Part shown: positions 38,085-52,000 of the stretch, in pieces | Numbering within the stretch: position 1 is the first letter of the stretch | Layout of the letters: every line of letters starts with the position of its first letter | Origin: Bacteroidia bacterium | GTDB taxonomy: Bacteria; Bacteroidota; Bacteroidia; M30B66 | Direction: 5' to 3' | Assembly: GCA_965279035.1 (NCBI GenBank) | Contig: OZ257142.1 | Coordinates: 1,801,239-1,865,238, forward strand | Length of the DNA stretch: 64,000 bases | Made by a program: the position numbers and the translations under genes | The notes under the pieces: generated by a model | The model's input: only the letters and a program-made list of their open reading frames with translations | Databases searched by the model: none | Told to the model about the DNA's origin: nothing

Positions 38085-38435
38085 AGTGTGCTGATGTGCT
38101 AGTTTTTTGATGTGCTAGTTTTCCCGATTGCAATCGGGAGATGTACTAGTTTGTAGCTGCAGTATACCTCCCGCATCCCCGGATTTCAATCCGGGGGGAG
38201 ATTACCCTAATCTTTCACATCGCCCCAATCTCTCAATCACCCGCTTCGACAAGCTCAGCGGGCGGACTCTAGTCTTTCTCTAACCTAAGAGCACACCAAC
38301 CCACCATCACATCACTTTAATGTGCTAATCCGATAGCTATCGGATAGCTAATGTGCTCATGTGCTGATGGAAAAGAACACTGCTCCAACCTCGCACTAAC
38401 CTAACATCACATCATCACACCATCACACCAGCCTT
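38085..38435. repeat. Composite repeat block: inverted copy of the ccggattgaaatccgg element plus a fifth copy of the 110-bp palindromic element
   Basis: ccccggatttcaatccgggggg (38169-38190) is the reverse complement of the 34.5-kb repeat. The palindrome cccgattgcaatcggg is at 38135. The core aatgtgctaatccgatagctatcggatagctaatgtgct is at 38319, with a cacaccatcacaccagc tail. Confidence 0.75.
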
Positions 38436-38445
38436 TAGACTTGCA

Positions 38446-38643
38446 CTATTATTTTAGTTGAGATATCTTGACTGAAAATAAACAAAGAAACGGGGTGAAC
38501 TATCTCATCAGCTAGGTCTTTAAATCCCTAAGGTGTGTATGAGTCCCCGTTTCCTTTAACCATGTTGTTAATGGCCAGCTAGAATTTTAGACTTCGAGAT
38601 CTATTAAAGGTTTTAGCCAAGAGCAACACTTAAAAACAAAAGT
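38446..38643 (+). ncRNA. Candidate bridge (seek) RNA encoded in the IS110 non-coding 5' end
   Basis: ~200 bp non-coding left end upstream of the recombinase. This is the position where IS110-group elements (e.g. IS621) encode their structured bridge RNA. It contains the internal complementary segments gaaacggggtg / cccgtttcc. Confidence 0.35.
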
Positions 38644-39624
38644 ATGAAGAAGAACTTTATTGGCATTGATGTGTCAAAATTAACGCTGGATGTTTATTTA
38701 CATAATCAATCTCAGCACAACGTCTTTAGCAATGATATCGATGGTTATACACTGATGCTTGCTTGGTTAAAGCAGTTGAAAGTGAGTGTAAAATCGATGG
38801 CCATTTGCTTTGAGCATACGGGTATTTATAGCGAGGATTTATCTGTGTTTTTGAGTGAAAAGAAGATCTGTTTTTACATGGAATCCTCCTTAAACATTAA
38901 GTATTCTATTGGACTTCAGCGAGGCAAAAATGATAAGATAGACTCCCAAAGAATCGCAAATTTCATTGCATTACATGCAGAACAGCTTAGCCCAACGGTA
39001 CTATCAAAGAGTGCTGTAGCGCAGCTGAGAAAGCTCTTGAGTATGCGTTCGCATCTGGAAAAAGAGAAGATAGGCATCAAAAACAGACTTAAGAACTCAT
39101 CAAAAACCACTGGTGTAGATATAGTTTTTCAAATCGAAACGGATCTGTTAAAGACCTTTAACGATAAACTTAAACTGGTAGAAGAGGAAATCAAATCATT
39201 GATAAAGTCAGATGATAATCTTCGTCAAATCGACGAATTAGTTCAATCTATAAAAGGAGTTGGACCAGTGTCGAGTTGGTATTTAATCGCCACAACAAAT
39301 GGCTTTGAATACTTCGACAATGCTCGTCAATATGCATGTTATAGTGGAATAGCTCCATTCGAAAAATCATCAGGAACATCCATAAAAGGGAAAACACAAA
39401 CCGATAGAAGATCAAATCGAAAAATCAATGGAGTATTAACAATGGCGGCGCGTTCGGCAGTATTAAATAACACCGAAATGAGAGAATATATGGAGCGTAA
39501 AATCCAGGAAGGAAAACATTATAATTGTGCACTCAATGCAGTCAAAAACAAACTTGTATCAAGAGTATTTGCTGTCGTAAAAAGAAAAACACCCTATGTT
39601 GATCTAAAAAAATACGCTGCATAG
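38644..39624 (+). CDS. IS110-family transposase
   Basis: N-terminal FIGIDVSKLTLDVY (DEDD/RuvC-like N-domain). The C-terminal KGVGPVSSWYLIATTNGF...SGIAPFEKSSGTS block is typical of IS110/IS116/IS902 transposases. Confidence 0.85.
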   Translation: MKKNFIGIDVSKLTLDVYLHNQSQHNVFSNDIDGYTLMLAWLKQLKVSVKSMAICFEHTGIYSEDLSVFLSEKKICFYMESSLNIKYSIGLQRGKNDKIDSQRIANFIALHAEQLSPTVLSKSAVAQLRKLLSMRSHLEKEKIGIKNRLKNSSKTTGVDIVFQIETDLLKTFNDKLKLVEEEIKSLIKSDDNLRQIDELVQSIKGVGPVSSWYLIATTNGFEYFDNARQYACYSGIAPFEKSSGTSIKGKTQTDRRSNRKINGVLTMAARSAVLNNTEMREYMERKIQEGKHYNCALNAVKNKLVSRVFAVVKRKTPYVDLKKYAA

Positions 39625-40094
39625 ACTTGCATAAGTCCTAGAATACACACCAACCCACCAGCACATCAGATAAGTAAGATTCTTACTCTCCTCATCTTAT
39701 CATCCCTAAAATTTCCGGACTTGGGGGCTTCATTACAAAATCCATTTTCGTTTAAAGAGTGTAGAGATAAAGTTTTCAACAGAGCTAGTGTTATTTTGAC
39801 ACAATTAATTGGCAATGTGGGTGCTGATAGGCCTTTTATGTGGCTTATTCTGTTGAAAATCAAGGATTCTGTAAATTTGGTATTTCCATCTGATTGGTCT
39901 ATTTTTATGCTCCCTAAATTTCCCTTAGAAGTACCCTAATCTGTTTTGCTTTGAAAAATTTTGACGTGCTTTCTCGCTTCTCAACCCAAAACACTGCATT
40001 TTCTGTGTGGTGTAAGAAAAACAGCAAGTCTGTAACGTTTCCGATTTCATCCCGTATGCTTAGTGTTTTGAAAACTACCCTTTTCCCCGCATCC

Positions 40095-43000
40095 ATGAAG
40101 AACTTCAACTCCACCACCATGATGCTTACCCGTATTCGTTTAACCTGCTTGTTAGTACTTGCCGGTTTATCTGCTTTTGCGCAGACTACCGTTACCTACA
40201 CCCAGCAACAGGCAAACTACTACACCACTTTTACTGCCGGTACTGCTGGTAACTTCAACCAAGGCTCTTTCCAACTTGGGATGTATGCCAATGCTGGAGG
40301 TACAAAACAAGTAGCATCATTTCGTAAATTTCGAACGGATGGTTCGGGTTCATCTACCGGTGATCGGAGTATGAAAGTCGGTGATCAGTTTGTAGTCACC
40401 TTATCGGCTACTCGTGCCTATGGTAGAATCGGTTTCTCCCTTTTGGCTTCTCCAAGTGCAACTACTGCTTGGACCGATCGGGAAAACAATTATGCGATGA
40501 GCATGAATTTGGACGGAAATTCCGGAGCTTGGGGTAACTGGTATGCGAAGTACAATGGCGGTGGAACTTCTGCAGGATCGGCAAACGTAGCTGGACAACA
40601 AACTACCTATAAAAATTTCACTTTCACTCTTACGCTTACAGCTCCAGATCGGATGAATGCCACCTGGACAGATGGAACAACAACTAGTAATCTCTACGAT
40701 ATTCAATTAAATACTTCCAACCCGATTACCGACTATTGCGTGTTTTTGGAAGACGACTGGGATGGCGGAGCAAATCGAAACATCTACTGGGGATTAGGAG
40801 CAGTAGGAACTCAACACACATTAACCAATACAGGTAACTGTACTATTGGACAAAGCAATTCTTCCTTTACAACTTCAGGAGTAATTTTTAACGGACTCGA
40901 TGCCAATAGCGCATCCACCAATAGCTTAAACAACAACTTAGTAAAAAGCGGAACTGGTACACTCACCTTGAGCGGCGCTAATACATATGTTGGAACTACA
41001 ACAGTAAATGGTGGTTCACTTCTATTAGGTGCATCCGGTGTGATTCCTGATGCAAGTAATGTAACTCTTAATGGTGGAACCTTGAGTTCTGGATCCGGTG
41101 CAGGTTTTACAGAAGTCATGGGGACTTTGAACCTTAGCGCCAATTCAACCTTAGCTCTCGGAACAGGAGCACATACAATCACTTTTGCTAATTCCAGTGC
41201 TGTTTCTTGGACAGCCAATACGATCCTTACTGTTACTGGTTGGACAGGTACCAATAATGGAAATTCATCTGGAACAGCAGGGAAGCTGTTTGTTGGAAAT
41301 GGCTTTGGCGGATTGACAGGTATTCAATTATCAAGAATTCGATTTAATATCAGCGGTACTTTGTATGGAGCCATGCAATTGAGTACAGGTGAAGTGGTAC
41401 CTACAGGTGGAACGGTTTTATACTATGGTGGTGCAAATGGTACTTGGACTGGAAGTTTATGGAGTGTTAATGAAGGTGGACCATATACTACAGCATGGAC
41501 ATCTGGTTGTCATGCTGTAATGAATTTAACTTCAGGAGCAAATACTCTTACTGGAGCTACTACTAACATTGCTGCAATTACTGTAAATGCTGCGGTAACA
41601 TATGCAATAGGAGGTACTTGGAGTATGGGTCCTGCAGGTGCTGCCGTTGCTCCAATATACGTAGATAATGGGGTAACATTTTCAATGCTTGGTCAGGGAA
41701 TTTCAGTTACAGCTGGAAATGGTATAATAAAAAATGGTTCAGGGATTTTACAAGGCGCCAATGGTAATAATTACTTAGGTGGATTTACAATTAACAATGG
41801 AATGTTTGCCATTGGTGGAATTAATTCCATGGGAAATGGTGGAACTTTAAATATTAATGGTGGAACATTAGCCGGAACTGCAAATCGTGATTTAACAGGA
41901 AAATTTAGTTCAATAACTATTGGTGGAGATTTTACATTAGGTTCATCTACTTCTCCTGCATCAGGTACTGCAACATTAACTTTTACAAATAATACAGCTT
42001 TAGGAAGTTCTGTTACACGTACAATCACATTAGGTGGAACTGGTTTAATTACTTGGAATGGTATCATCAGTGGTACTAGTTCTAACTTAACGATTGGTGC
42101 TACTGCAGCGGGTTCTATGTCGCTTGGTGGAGTTAATACATTTGGAGGAAACTTTACAGTCAATGCAGCATCAAGTACCATTACACTCGCAGCAGCAAAT
42201 TCATATGGTGGAGGAACAGTTGTTAATGCTGGTACATTAAAACTTACTATTTCTTCTGCAATCCCATCAGGTTCGGCATTAAGTTTTGCGAATACATCAG
42301 GAGCAATTCTCGATTTAACTACGACTGCTTTAACACACACTGTTGCCTCTCTTTCGGGTGGTGGCTCAACTGGTGGTAATATCAGCTTTGGCGCTCCAGC
42401 TACAGGCGAAGTGTTAACAATCAATCAATCAGGTAACACAACGTATTCAGGTTTAATTAGTGGTAACGGTTCAATCACCAAAACAGGTGCTGGAATCTTA
42501 ACCTTTGGTCATACTGCTAATACTTATACAGGTTCTACAACCATTTCGGCTGGAGAGCTTCGCTTGAACCCAAGCACAACCACAGCTACATTTGCTTCAC
42601 CCGTAATTTTAAGTGGTGGTAAATTGAGCACTACTTCGATTACAGCTGCTACAACTTTCACTAGCTCATCAACCTTAAAACTTAACGCAAGCAGCAGCAT
42701 CGACTTAGGTTCGAATGCGCATTCCTTGAAATTTGCTGCTTCGAACGGTGTTGCTTGGACAGGTGCAACTACCTTAACAATCAATGGTTGGACAGGTACA
42801 GGAGGAGCAACAGGAACTGCTGGTAAAATCTTTTTCGGTTCTGCAGTAGGAACACTTACAGGAACTCAATTAGGGCAAATCACATTTACTGGTTATACGG
42901 GAACACCTATCCTTTTATCAACAGGAGAATTGGTTCCTCCAGTTCCGTCAGTTACCTATACATGGACTGGTGGTGCAGGAGATTTTCTTTGGACAAGTCC

Positions 43001-46000
43001 AGCCAACTGGAGTCCTGGAACAAGTACAGCAGGCGTTGGTCCAACAGCTACCGACAATGTTGTTATTCCGGTTGCAACAAACATGTTAAACTTAAACGTT
43101 GCTAAAACGGCAGCGAATTTCACATTAAGTGGAACAGGAAGTTTCCAAGTAGGAGCATCAGGCTCGCTTACAGTAACAGGTACATTAACGAATTCAAGTT
43201 CGGCTACACCAACATTTAACTGTGGTTCAACATTCACAGTAAGCAGTGCTGGACAAACCATCCCTGCATGGAATTACGGAAACTTGGTATTGAGTGGTAC
43301 AACAGCCACATTAGCAAGTTCAGGAACGATTGGTATTTGCGGAAGTTACACACCTTCTGCTACTACCACTGTAACAGGAAGTACTGTTGATTTCAATGGT
43401 TCTACCGCTCAAAGTATTTTAACCAATGCAGCGGTATTCAATAATTTAACGATTTCGAATACGGCATCAACTGTAACATCGGGAGTAAACGTAACGGTAA
43501 ACGGAACAGGAACGATTAATTCAAGTGCTACCTTTATTCAATCGGCAGGAACTTTTGCAGCCAATGCAGTTGCCACAACGGTTAATGGTACATTACGAGT
43601 TACAAGTACAGGGGCAGCAACAGGTTCGGCAGCGAACTTAATTTTCAGCTCTACTGGAACTTATGATCATAATCGGGATGGAGGAGCAATTCCATCGGCT
43701 TCTTGGAATGCAACTTCTAATTGTAATATCACCGGTATTAACGCAACATTGTGTACAAACACAGCTCAAACATTTGGTAACTTCTTATGGAATTGTCCTT
43801 CATCGTCGACAACATTTAACTTTGGAGCTGCATTAATGACCAATGTTGTAGGGCTTTGTGAGATAAGAAATACGAATGGAGCTACAGGTACACTGGGTTT
43901 TGATGCAACTAGAACTTGGACTGGAAATTTATCGATCACAGGTGGTAGAATTGCATTAACAAGAACGGGTTCAGCAACAAGTTCTTCTTTAACTGTCAAT
44001 AATTTTACATTAGATAATACAAGCGATGCCAACGCACGATTTACACTTGGAGGAAATGCTTCTAATGTGGCATCAACTCTCACTGTAAATGGAACCTTCA
44101 CTATTACATTGGGACAAAATGCGGCTGTCTCTCCAATTATAGTTTACGGAGGATTAGCAGGAACTGAGAATGTTAATGTAGTAGGTAATTTCTCTCAAAC
44201 GGGAGCTTTCACAGGATCTATAGGAGGTTCTTCAAGCAGAAACTTCAATTTTACGGGTGCTGGAACAAGAACAATATCTTGGGCAAGTTCAACTTTATGG
44301 GGTTCTGTTGCTGTTAATGTAAATAGTCCAGCCATTATAGATATTGCAAACTATGTATTAAATAACACGGGTACATTCACACTAAACTCTGGAGCAGGTA
44401 TCATCACAGCCAATGTCAATGGATTAACCACTTCGGGAGCAACAGGATCAATTCAATCGTCTGGTTCACGTACGTATACTTCAGGTGCTAACTATACCTA
44501 TAATGGTACTGCGTCACAAGCAACTGGAAATGGATTAAATCAAAATACACCAACCAATGTTAATATTGATAATACTGCAGGAGTAACGCTTTCTGGAGCA
44601 ACAACCATAAGCGGTGTATTAACTTTGACTAACGGGAAGTTGGATATTGGTGCAAATGATTTGACTTTGAGTAGTGTCGGATTAGGAAGTGTAACGGGAG
44701 CGAGTTCATCCAAATACATTATTACTTCTGGAGCGGGACAATTACTAAGAGCAATTTCAACTGGAGGATATCCTTTAACCTATACCTACCCGGTTGGAGA
44801 TGCAAGCAACTATACACCAGCAGCATTCAATTTTACTTCTGGCGGAACTGCTCGCAATATTGGAGTACGAGTAGTAAATACAGTACATCCGAGCAATACT
44901 CCTTCAACCGATTATGCCAACCGTTATTGGGCTGTAAGCAATAGTAATGCAGCTGGCACTTTTGCTTATACTCCTACGTTTACGATTGTTGATCCAGGAG
45001 ATATTGGAGCTGGTTCGTATGCCAACATGAAAATAAATCGTTGGAATGGTACTTCTTGGACTCAATATGATACATCACCCAATACTACGTTTAGCACTCC
45101 TGATTTTACCTTAACTTCTACACTTATTCAGTTCACAATTGTCAATGGTGGTACTAATGAATTTGCTATTCGCTTAAACAATCCAGCAATCAATTACACT
45201 TGGAACGGAGGTACAAGTTCATCGTGGACTACAACAACCAACTGGACACCGAATGGAACTCCAGGTGTGAATGATAATATTACCATTCCAGATGTTGCAT
45301 CATATACCAATGAATTGATTGTAAGTGGTTCAAAAACAGTAACCGATTTCACAGTAAGCGCAAATGGAAAGTATACTTTAGGTGCTGCCAGTTCATTAAA
45401 TGTTGCAGGAAACTATACCTATAGCAGTTCAACTGCTCCAACATTTGATTGTACTAGCACATTGAGTTTGAGTTCAGCTTCAAGTCAAACTGTACCAGCA
45501 CATAATTATGGTCATTTAAATTTAAGTGGGGGAGATCGCGTTTTAGCAAGCAGTGGAACGATAGGAATTTGCGGAAATTATACTCCAAGCAGTGGTGTTA
45601 CAACCATAACAGGAAGCACTGTTGATTTCAATGGTACATCGGCACAAACGATCATTACCAATGCGGCATCATTTAATAATCTAACCATTTCCAATACTTC
45701 ATCTACAGTAACTGCCAGTGTGAATGTTACAATCAATGGAACTGCTACGATTAACTCGAGCGCAACGTATGTTCAATCGGCCAATACATTAACCATCGCA
45801 GCAGCAACAACCACCAATGTAAATGGAACCTTACGTAATTCGGGAGGAACTATTACTAACAGTGGCACTTTAAACTTCAATGCATCGTCTATATATGACC
45901 ATGCACGCGATGGTGGAGCAGTACCAACAGCTACTTGGAATGCTACTTCAAACTGTAATATCACCGGTATTAATGCAACATTATGTACAAACACAGCTCA

Positions 46001-49000
46001 AACATTTGGTAATTTCTTGTGGAATTGTCCTTCATCGTCGACATCATTTAACTTTGGAGCAGCATTAATGACCAATGTTGTAGGACTTTGTGAAATAAGA
46101 AATACGAATGGAGCAACAGGTACACTAGGTTTTGATGCAACAAGAACTTGGACAGGAAATTTATCGATCACAGGTGGAAGAATTGCATTAACCAGAACGG
46201 GTTCTGCAACAAGTTCCTCTTTAACTGTCAATAATTTTACATTAGATAATACGAGCGATGCGAATGCACGTTTTACTATTGGCGGAAGTGGTTCGAACGT
46301 TTCAGCGGTATTAACTACCAATGGTAATTTTACCATGGTTATGGGTCAAAATGCAGCAGCTACTCCAGTTATAGTTTATGGTGGTATTTTAGGAACTGAA
46401 AATATTATCGTTAAAGGTAATTTTAGTCATAGTGGTTCAGGAACAGGAACCATCAGTAGATCTGGAACAGGAGGAACATCCGAAACATTCACATTTACAC
46501 CAACAGGAGCTCAAACATTCACAAGTGCAAATGCTAGTTTATTTGGATTATGTGATGTAGTTCTTAATGGAACTGGATCTTTAGCTTTTGATGCAACAAG
46601 TATCATCGCCAATACAACTGGAGCTACGCCAACAGTAGGTCGATTTACCTTGGCTTCTGGGGCAACAATTATAACAGCAAATACAGGTGGTTTATCCCTT
46701 ACCGGTTCTACAGGTAGTATACAATCAGGAGGAACTAGAACATACAATGCTGCCGCGAATTACACTTACAATGGTAGTTCTGCTCAGATAACCGGTTTAG
46801 GTTTGGTTCAAGCGAATAATTTAACAATCAACAATGCCGCAGGAGTTACTTTATCGGCAGGAACAACAATAACAAACAATGTCAACCTGAGCAATGGTGT
46901 TTTAACATTGAATACGGCTGATTTAATTATCAATAACGCAGCAACAATCACGGGAACTTTTGGACCAACTGCCATGATTGCAACCACTGGTTCAGCATCG
47001 AGAAGCTCAGGAAGAGTTATGCGCATGTTCCCATCAGGAACTTCTAGTGGATCTTTCACTTTCCCATTAGGAGATATTACAGGAACAGCTGAATATTCTC
47101 CTATAACTATTTCTCTATCTTACACTGGAGCTACATTGCCTCCTTATGTTGCCTATAAAGTAAAAGATGCACAAAATCCAAGTGATCCATCCATTACAAA
47201 TTATATCAGCAGATATTGGGAAGTAACTTCCAATTTATATTCAGCTACAGGTATTTCGTTTACAACTACATCAACCTATGTAACAGCCGATATTGTAGGA
47301 ACTGAAACTTTAATAGAACCGAATCGCCTTTCTCAATCGGGTGTTGATATCGGTACTTGGTATGAAGATGCTACCGGAAGTGCTGGTTCAAACACACTCA
47401 ATGGAGCAACCTTAACTTCTGCAAACGATTTCAATGATGATGATTTAACGGGAAGATTAACAGTACCAATTTATTTCCGTTCGAATGTTGCTACAGGCAA
47501 TTTTGAAAGCCCGGGTTCATGGTTAGTATCTACCGATCCTGCTTTCCTTGCACCTGTTGGAACAACTACTACTGCATCTCCAACATATAGTAATTGTGAT
47601 GGTATTGAAATTATGAGTGGTCATAATATTACCATTGCTGCTGCAGCCGGAATTGATCAAGCAACGGTAAATTCTGGAGGAACATTAACGATTGGTGCAG
47701 GAGCTACTTTGGTTGTATACAACGGAACCGGTACCGATTTACAAGTGAATGGTTCTTTGGTCAATCAATCGAGCATTGCTGTAACATTAGCAGGAACTCT
47801 TGTAATTGGATCTACTGGTTTGTACAATCATAACATCAACAGTGGAACTATTCCTAGTGCAACATGGACTGCAGGTTCAAATTGTTTGATTTCAGGAATG
47901 ACCACAACAGCACCATCTGGATTAGGTCAAGCATTTTCTGATTTCACGTTTAACTCAACATTATCTGCAAGCAATAGCTTAAGCAGCGCTTTAACGAATG
48001 TTGGAAGAGACTTAACTATCAATGGAACTGGCGGTTTCACTTTAGGTTTAACATCAACTACAGCTTTAGCATTAACTGTTGGTAGAGATCTGAATGTAAC
48101 ATCAGGCTTCCTAACATTAGTTACTGGAGCAAATACCAATACTGTTTCACTTACTGTTTCGGGGGATTTAAAAATCTCTGGAAATGGTGGATTCTCCATC
48201 GCTGGTGGATCATCATCAGGAGCTGGTTCAACTACTTTAACTGTAAATGGATTAGTTAATAATACTTCTTCTTCTGGTACTTCGTTCGTGATGTCGGGAG
48301 CATCTAAAATTGTTACTGCAACCATAGCTAATGGATATTCTCAAAGTTCAGGAACGGCTTCTATGTCGCAAGGTTCTGGAGCAACTACATTAACCATTGC
48401 AACAGGTGGATTTACATTAAGTGGCACCGGTTCTTTCAATATGAACAATGGTGGAACGGGTGGAGCAACAATGAACATTACTTCTGGAGATTTCACACAA
48501 TCTGCGGGTAACTTTAATCTCTGTGCTTCTAGTACTGGACCAGCTTATATCAACCAGAATAATGCAGCCAACGGAATGGTATTATCTGGTGGAACAATGA
48601 ATGTTTTACTTGGAAATTCTGTTACGTATGCGAATCGCCCAATCATCACCTTGGCTGGTTCATTTAGTCAAAGCGGCTCCCATGCATTTGATTGGGGCGG
48701 AGGTTCTGTATCAAATACAGCAAGTCCATACCCAGCCGAATTAAGAGTTGCTAAAGATTTCTCACGTGCAGGAACATCTACTATCAACTGTAGTAGCGGA
48801 AGTGTGACGAATAAAGGCTTGATCTTATTCAATGGAACACAAAACATTTCCTCGCTTTCAACAGGTACATTTAATAAAACAGAGACTCAAATTTCAGGTA
48901 CTTCAACACTGAATAACGACTTCACCATGACTTCTGGTGCGAACACCGTTTTCACGATTAATTCGGGAGGTCGTTTAAATACAAACAATTATGTAGTATC

Positions 49001-52000
49001 AGCTCCAGGAGGTACACCAACCTTTACTTTATCAAGTGGAGGTACTATTTCTTTAACTGCAGCTTCTGGAACTAGTAATTCAACTGGAAACATACAGATC
49101 AATGCCCCAACCTATAATGCTGGAGGTAACTACTTGTTCGAAGGAAGTACTTCAGGTATGGTTACTGGACCTTATTTACCTGCTTCTGTAACAGGAAATA
49201 TAACTATCAATAATAGCAATGGGGTAACACTTTCGAATAACCTTACTATAGGTGCTGCAAGTGTTCTTACTTTAACCTCTGGTGTATTCGATCTTGGAAC
49301 TAGCAATCTAATTTTAACATCGGGTGCAACGATTAGTAACTATGCTATTTCTCGTTACATTAAAACAAGTAGCACTGGAACAATTCGTCAAACTTTAGCT
49401 ACCAATACACCTGTTCTTTTCCCAGTTGGGAATAGTGGGTACAATCCTATAACTTTGAGTCAATCGGGAGCTAGCGATAATTATACGCTTCGTATGATTG
49501 ATGGAGCTATTTCTGGATTGAGTCCAAATGATGTTACTAAGACAATCAATCGTAATTGGTCGTTTACACGAACAAGCTCAAGCATTGTAAGCATTACAGC
49601 AAGTTCTATCTCTTATAATGTAGGTGAAGAAAACAATGCAACAAACTTTAATGCTGGCACTCAACCGTATTATGGTTTATACAATGGTGCTTTATGGGTT
49701 CAAGCTACAGCCACACAAGGAGCGCAAACATTCACCTCTGCCAATGCTGTTTCTTCCTCAACTTCTACAAGTTTCAATGTAGCAATGGGTAAAGATGATG
49801 CCTTTATTAATCCATCTACTACGTATACTTGGGTTGGTAACGGAGCTGCTGGCGATTGGACAGATCCGAATAACTGGAATCCAAGTACATCACTTGCAGG
49901 TCCTCTTCCGGGCGATAACATCATCATTAATGCTCCAGGTACTGCAAGTAATAATTTGAATTTGAATATTTCTAAAACCGTTACCGATGTTACATTCAAT
50001 GGAACTGGCGTTATGGCTTTAGGAGCATCAGGTAGTTTAACCATTAATGGTACTGTAACATACGGAGGTAGCTTTAGTGCAACTCTCAATTGTAGTAGTA
50101 CAATCAATTATGCGAATACTACTGCTCTAACAATCCCGCCATTTAACTATGGAAATTTGGTGAACGCCAATGCATCAGTAAGAACATGGGCAGCAAGTGC
50201 TACAACTGGTATTTGCGGAACTCTAACAGCAGGAATTGGATCAACATTCACAGCTGGTGCAGGTAGTACAGTTGATTATAATGGAACAGGTGCACAAACA
50301 GTTGTTAATCTCAATTATAATAACCTAACGATCAGTCAAAATAGAGGAGGAGCTACTGTTACTTTAGCTTCTGGAACTATTGATGTTGCAGGTACATTTA
50401 ACCCAAGTTTGAGTAACAATTCTATTTCTTATTCAGGAAATACAATTAATTTCTCAGGTTCTGCAGGACAAGGAATTCCAGCCTTTACATATAATAACAT
50501 CACAAGTTCAAATCTTGCTCGTACATGGGCAAATTCAGGGGTGATTGATGTAAATGGGACTTTTGCAATTCCATCTTCCGGTGTGCAAACTGTAACAGGA
50601 AGTACTGTTCGCTATTCTAGTACTGCAGCTGGAACAATTACTTTAACAAGTTTCTCTAGTTCTGCAACACCACGTCATTACAATAATTTAGAAATAGTTG
50701 GTGGAGCTTCTTCTATCTGGAACTTAGCTTCTGGATTTAATTTAGGATGCGCTGGTAATTTCGATTTAACTGGCGCAGGTACATTTACAGTTGCTGTTAA
50801 TGCCACAGCAAATTCAATGACTGTGGATGGAAATTTAACTGTAAGTGGTTCTGGTAATTTGATTATAGCCAATACAGCTACAGCAACTTTAGTCAACAAT
50901 TTAACTGTTACAGGAAACACAACCATCAGTAATGGATTGCTTACTTGTATTGGTGCTTCTAGTAGTACTACTGTTCAAGGAAATTTAAGTACGACTGATC
51001 TAACCATTAGTGGTTCAGGAGCAGTAAACCTTGATGCAGCAAGTAATACAGCAAGTGCTGCCATTACGGTTAATGGAAATATGAGTGTTACCAGTACTTC
51101 GGCCAGTGCAGTAAACTTTGGATCAGGTACTAATAATGCAAACAACGTATTCAACCTTAAAGGAAACCTAAGTAAATCTGGAACAGGTTCATTTAATTGT
51201 ACTGGAACCTTCAATTCTACTACAGGTTTCTTCTTCAATAATGGGAGTGGAACACAGCAGTTTAGTTATGCAGGAACTGCAATGACAGCTGCGAATATCA
51301 ATGTTTCAGCAGCGAGTACCTTGCAGTTAATGAGCAGCTTTAATTTAGGTTCTGCTGGTGCAAGTAGCTTAAATGTTGTGGGAACAGGTGTTCTTATTAT
51401 GGGAACCAATGTAGTAACAGCAGGAAACAGTGCCAATCTCTTCAGCTTGAGTTCAACCGGTACCTTGAAAACTGCTAATACATCGGGTGTTATAGGATCG
51501 ATTGCTGGATTTACCTTTGCGAACTGTACGTTTGCATCAGGTGCTATTTTTGAATTCAATGGTGCTGCAGCTCAAAACACAGGTGTGTCAACCTTTACAG
51601 GAATTACTACTGCAAGTTTTTACACCATTACTTGGACTGGAACAACCAGCTTAACATTGGATAAATCTTGGAGTTTAAATACTCTCAATTTCACTAACAG
51701 TGGTTTGATTTATTTGGGCACCAATAACTTAACAATTACTTCAGCTGGATCAATTACAGGAGGTTCATTCTCTGCATCCAAGATGATTGTAACCGACAAT
51801 ACAGGAACATTAGTTAGAAGTGTAACTTCAGTTGGTGTAGGATTACCATTTACTTGGCCAATTGGCGAAAATACAGGAACAACAGAATACTCTCCTGTTA
51901 CAATTGCTTCTTTAGCTTCTGGTGGTATTGCTGGATCCATAGGTTTCAGAGTCGTGGATGGTATTCAACCGAATATGAGTCCTGCAACCATCTATGCAAG

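Larger units (their letters stand above)
38446..39631 (+). mobile_element. IS110-family insertion sequence
   Basis: Single DEDD-type transposase ORF and no terminal inverted repeats. The 10-bp sequence tagacttgca is present on both sides (38436-38445 and 39622-39631). The flanks on both sides carry the tail motif of the REP-like element, so the element is inserted within a REP-like copy. Confidence 0.7.

Noticed and set aside
39951-40094. TTG-initiated N-terminal extension of the giant gene (MKNFDVLSRFSTQNTAFSV...)
   Set aside because: It has no signal-peptide character. The canonical ATG followed by a signal peptide is at 40095/40119, so the extension is probably 5' UTR.
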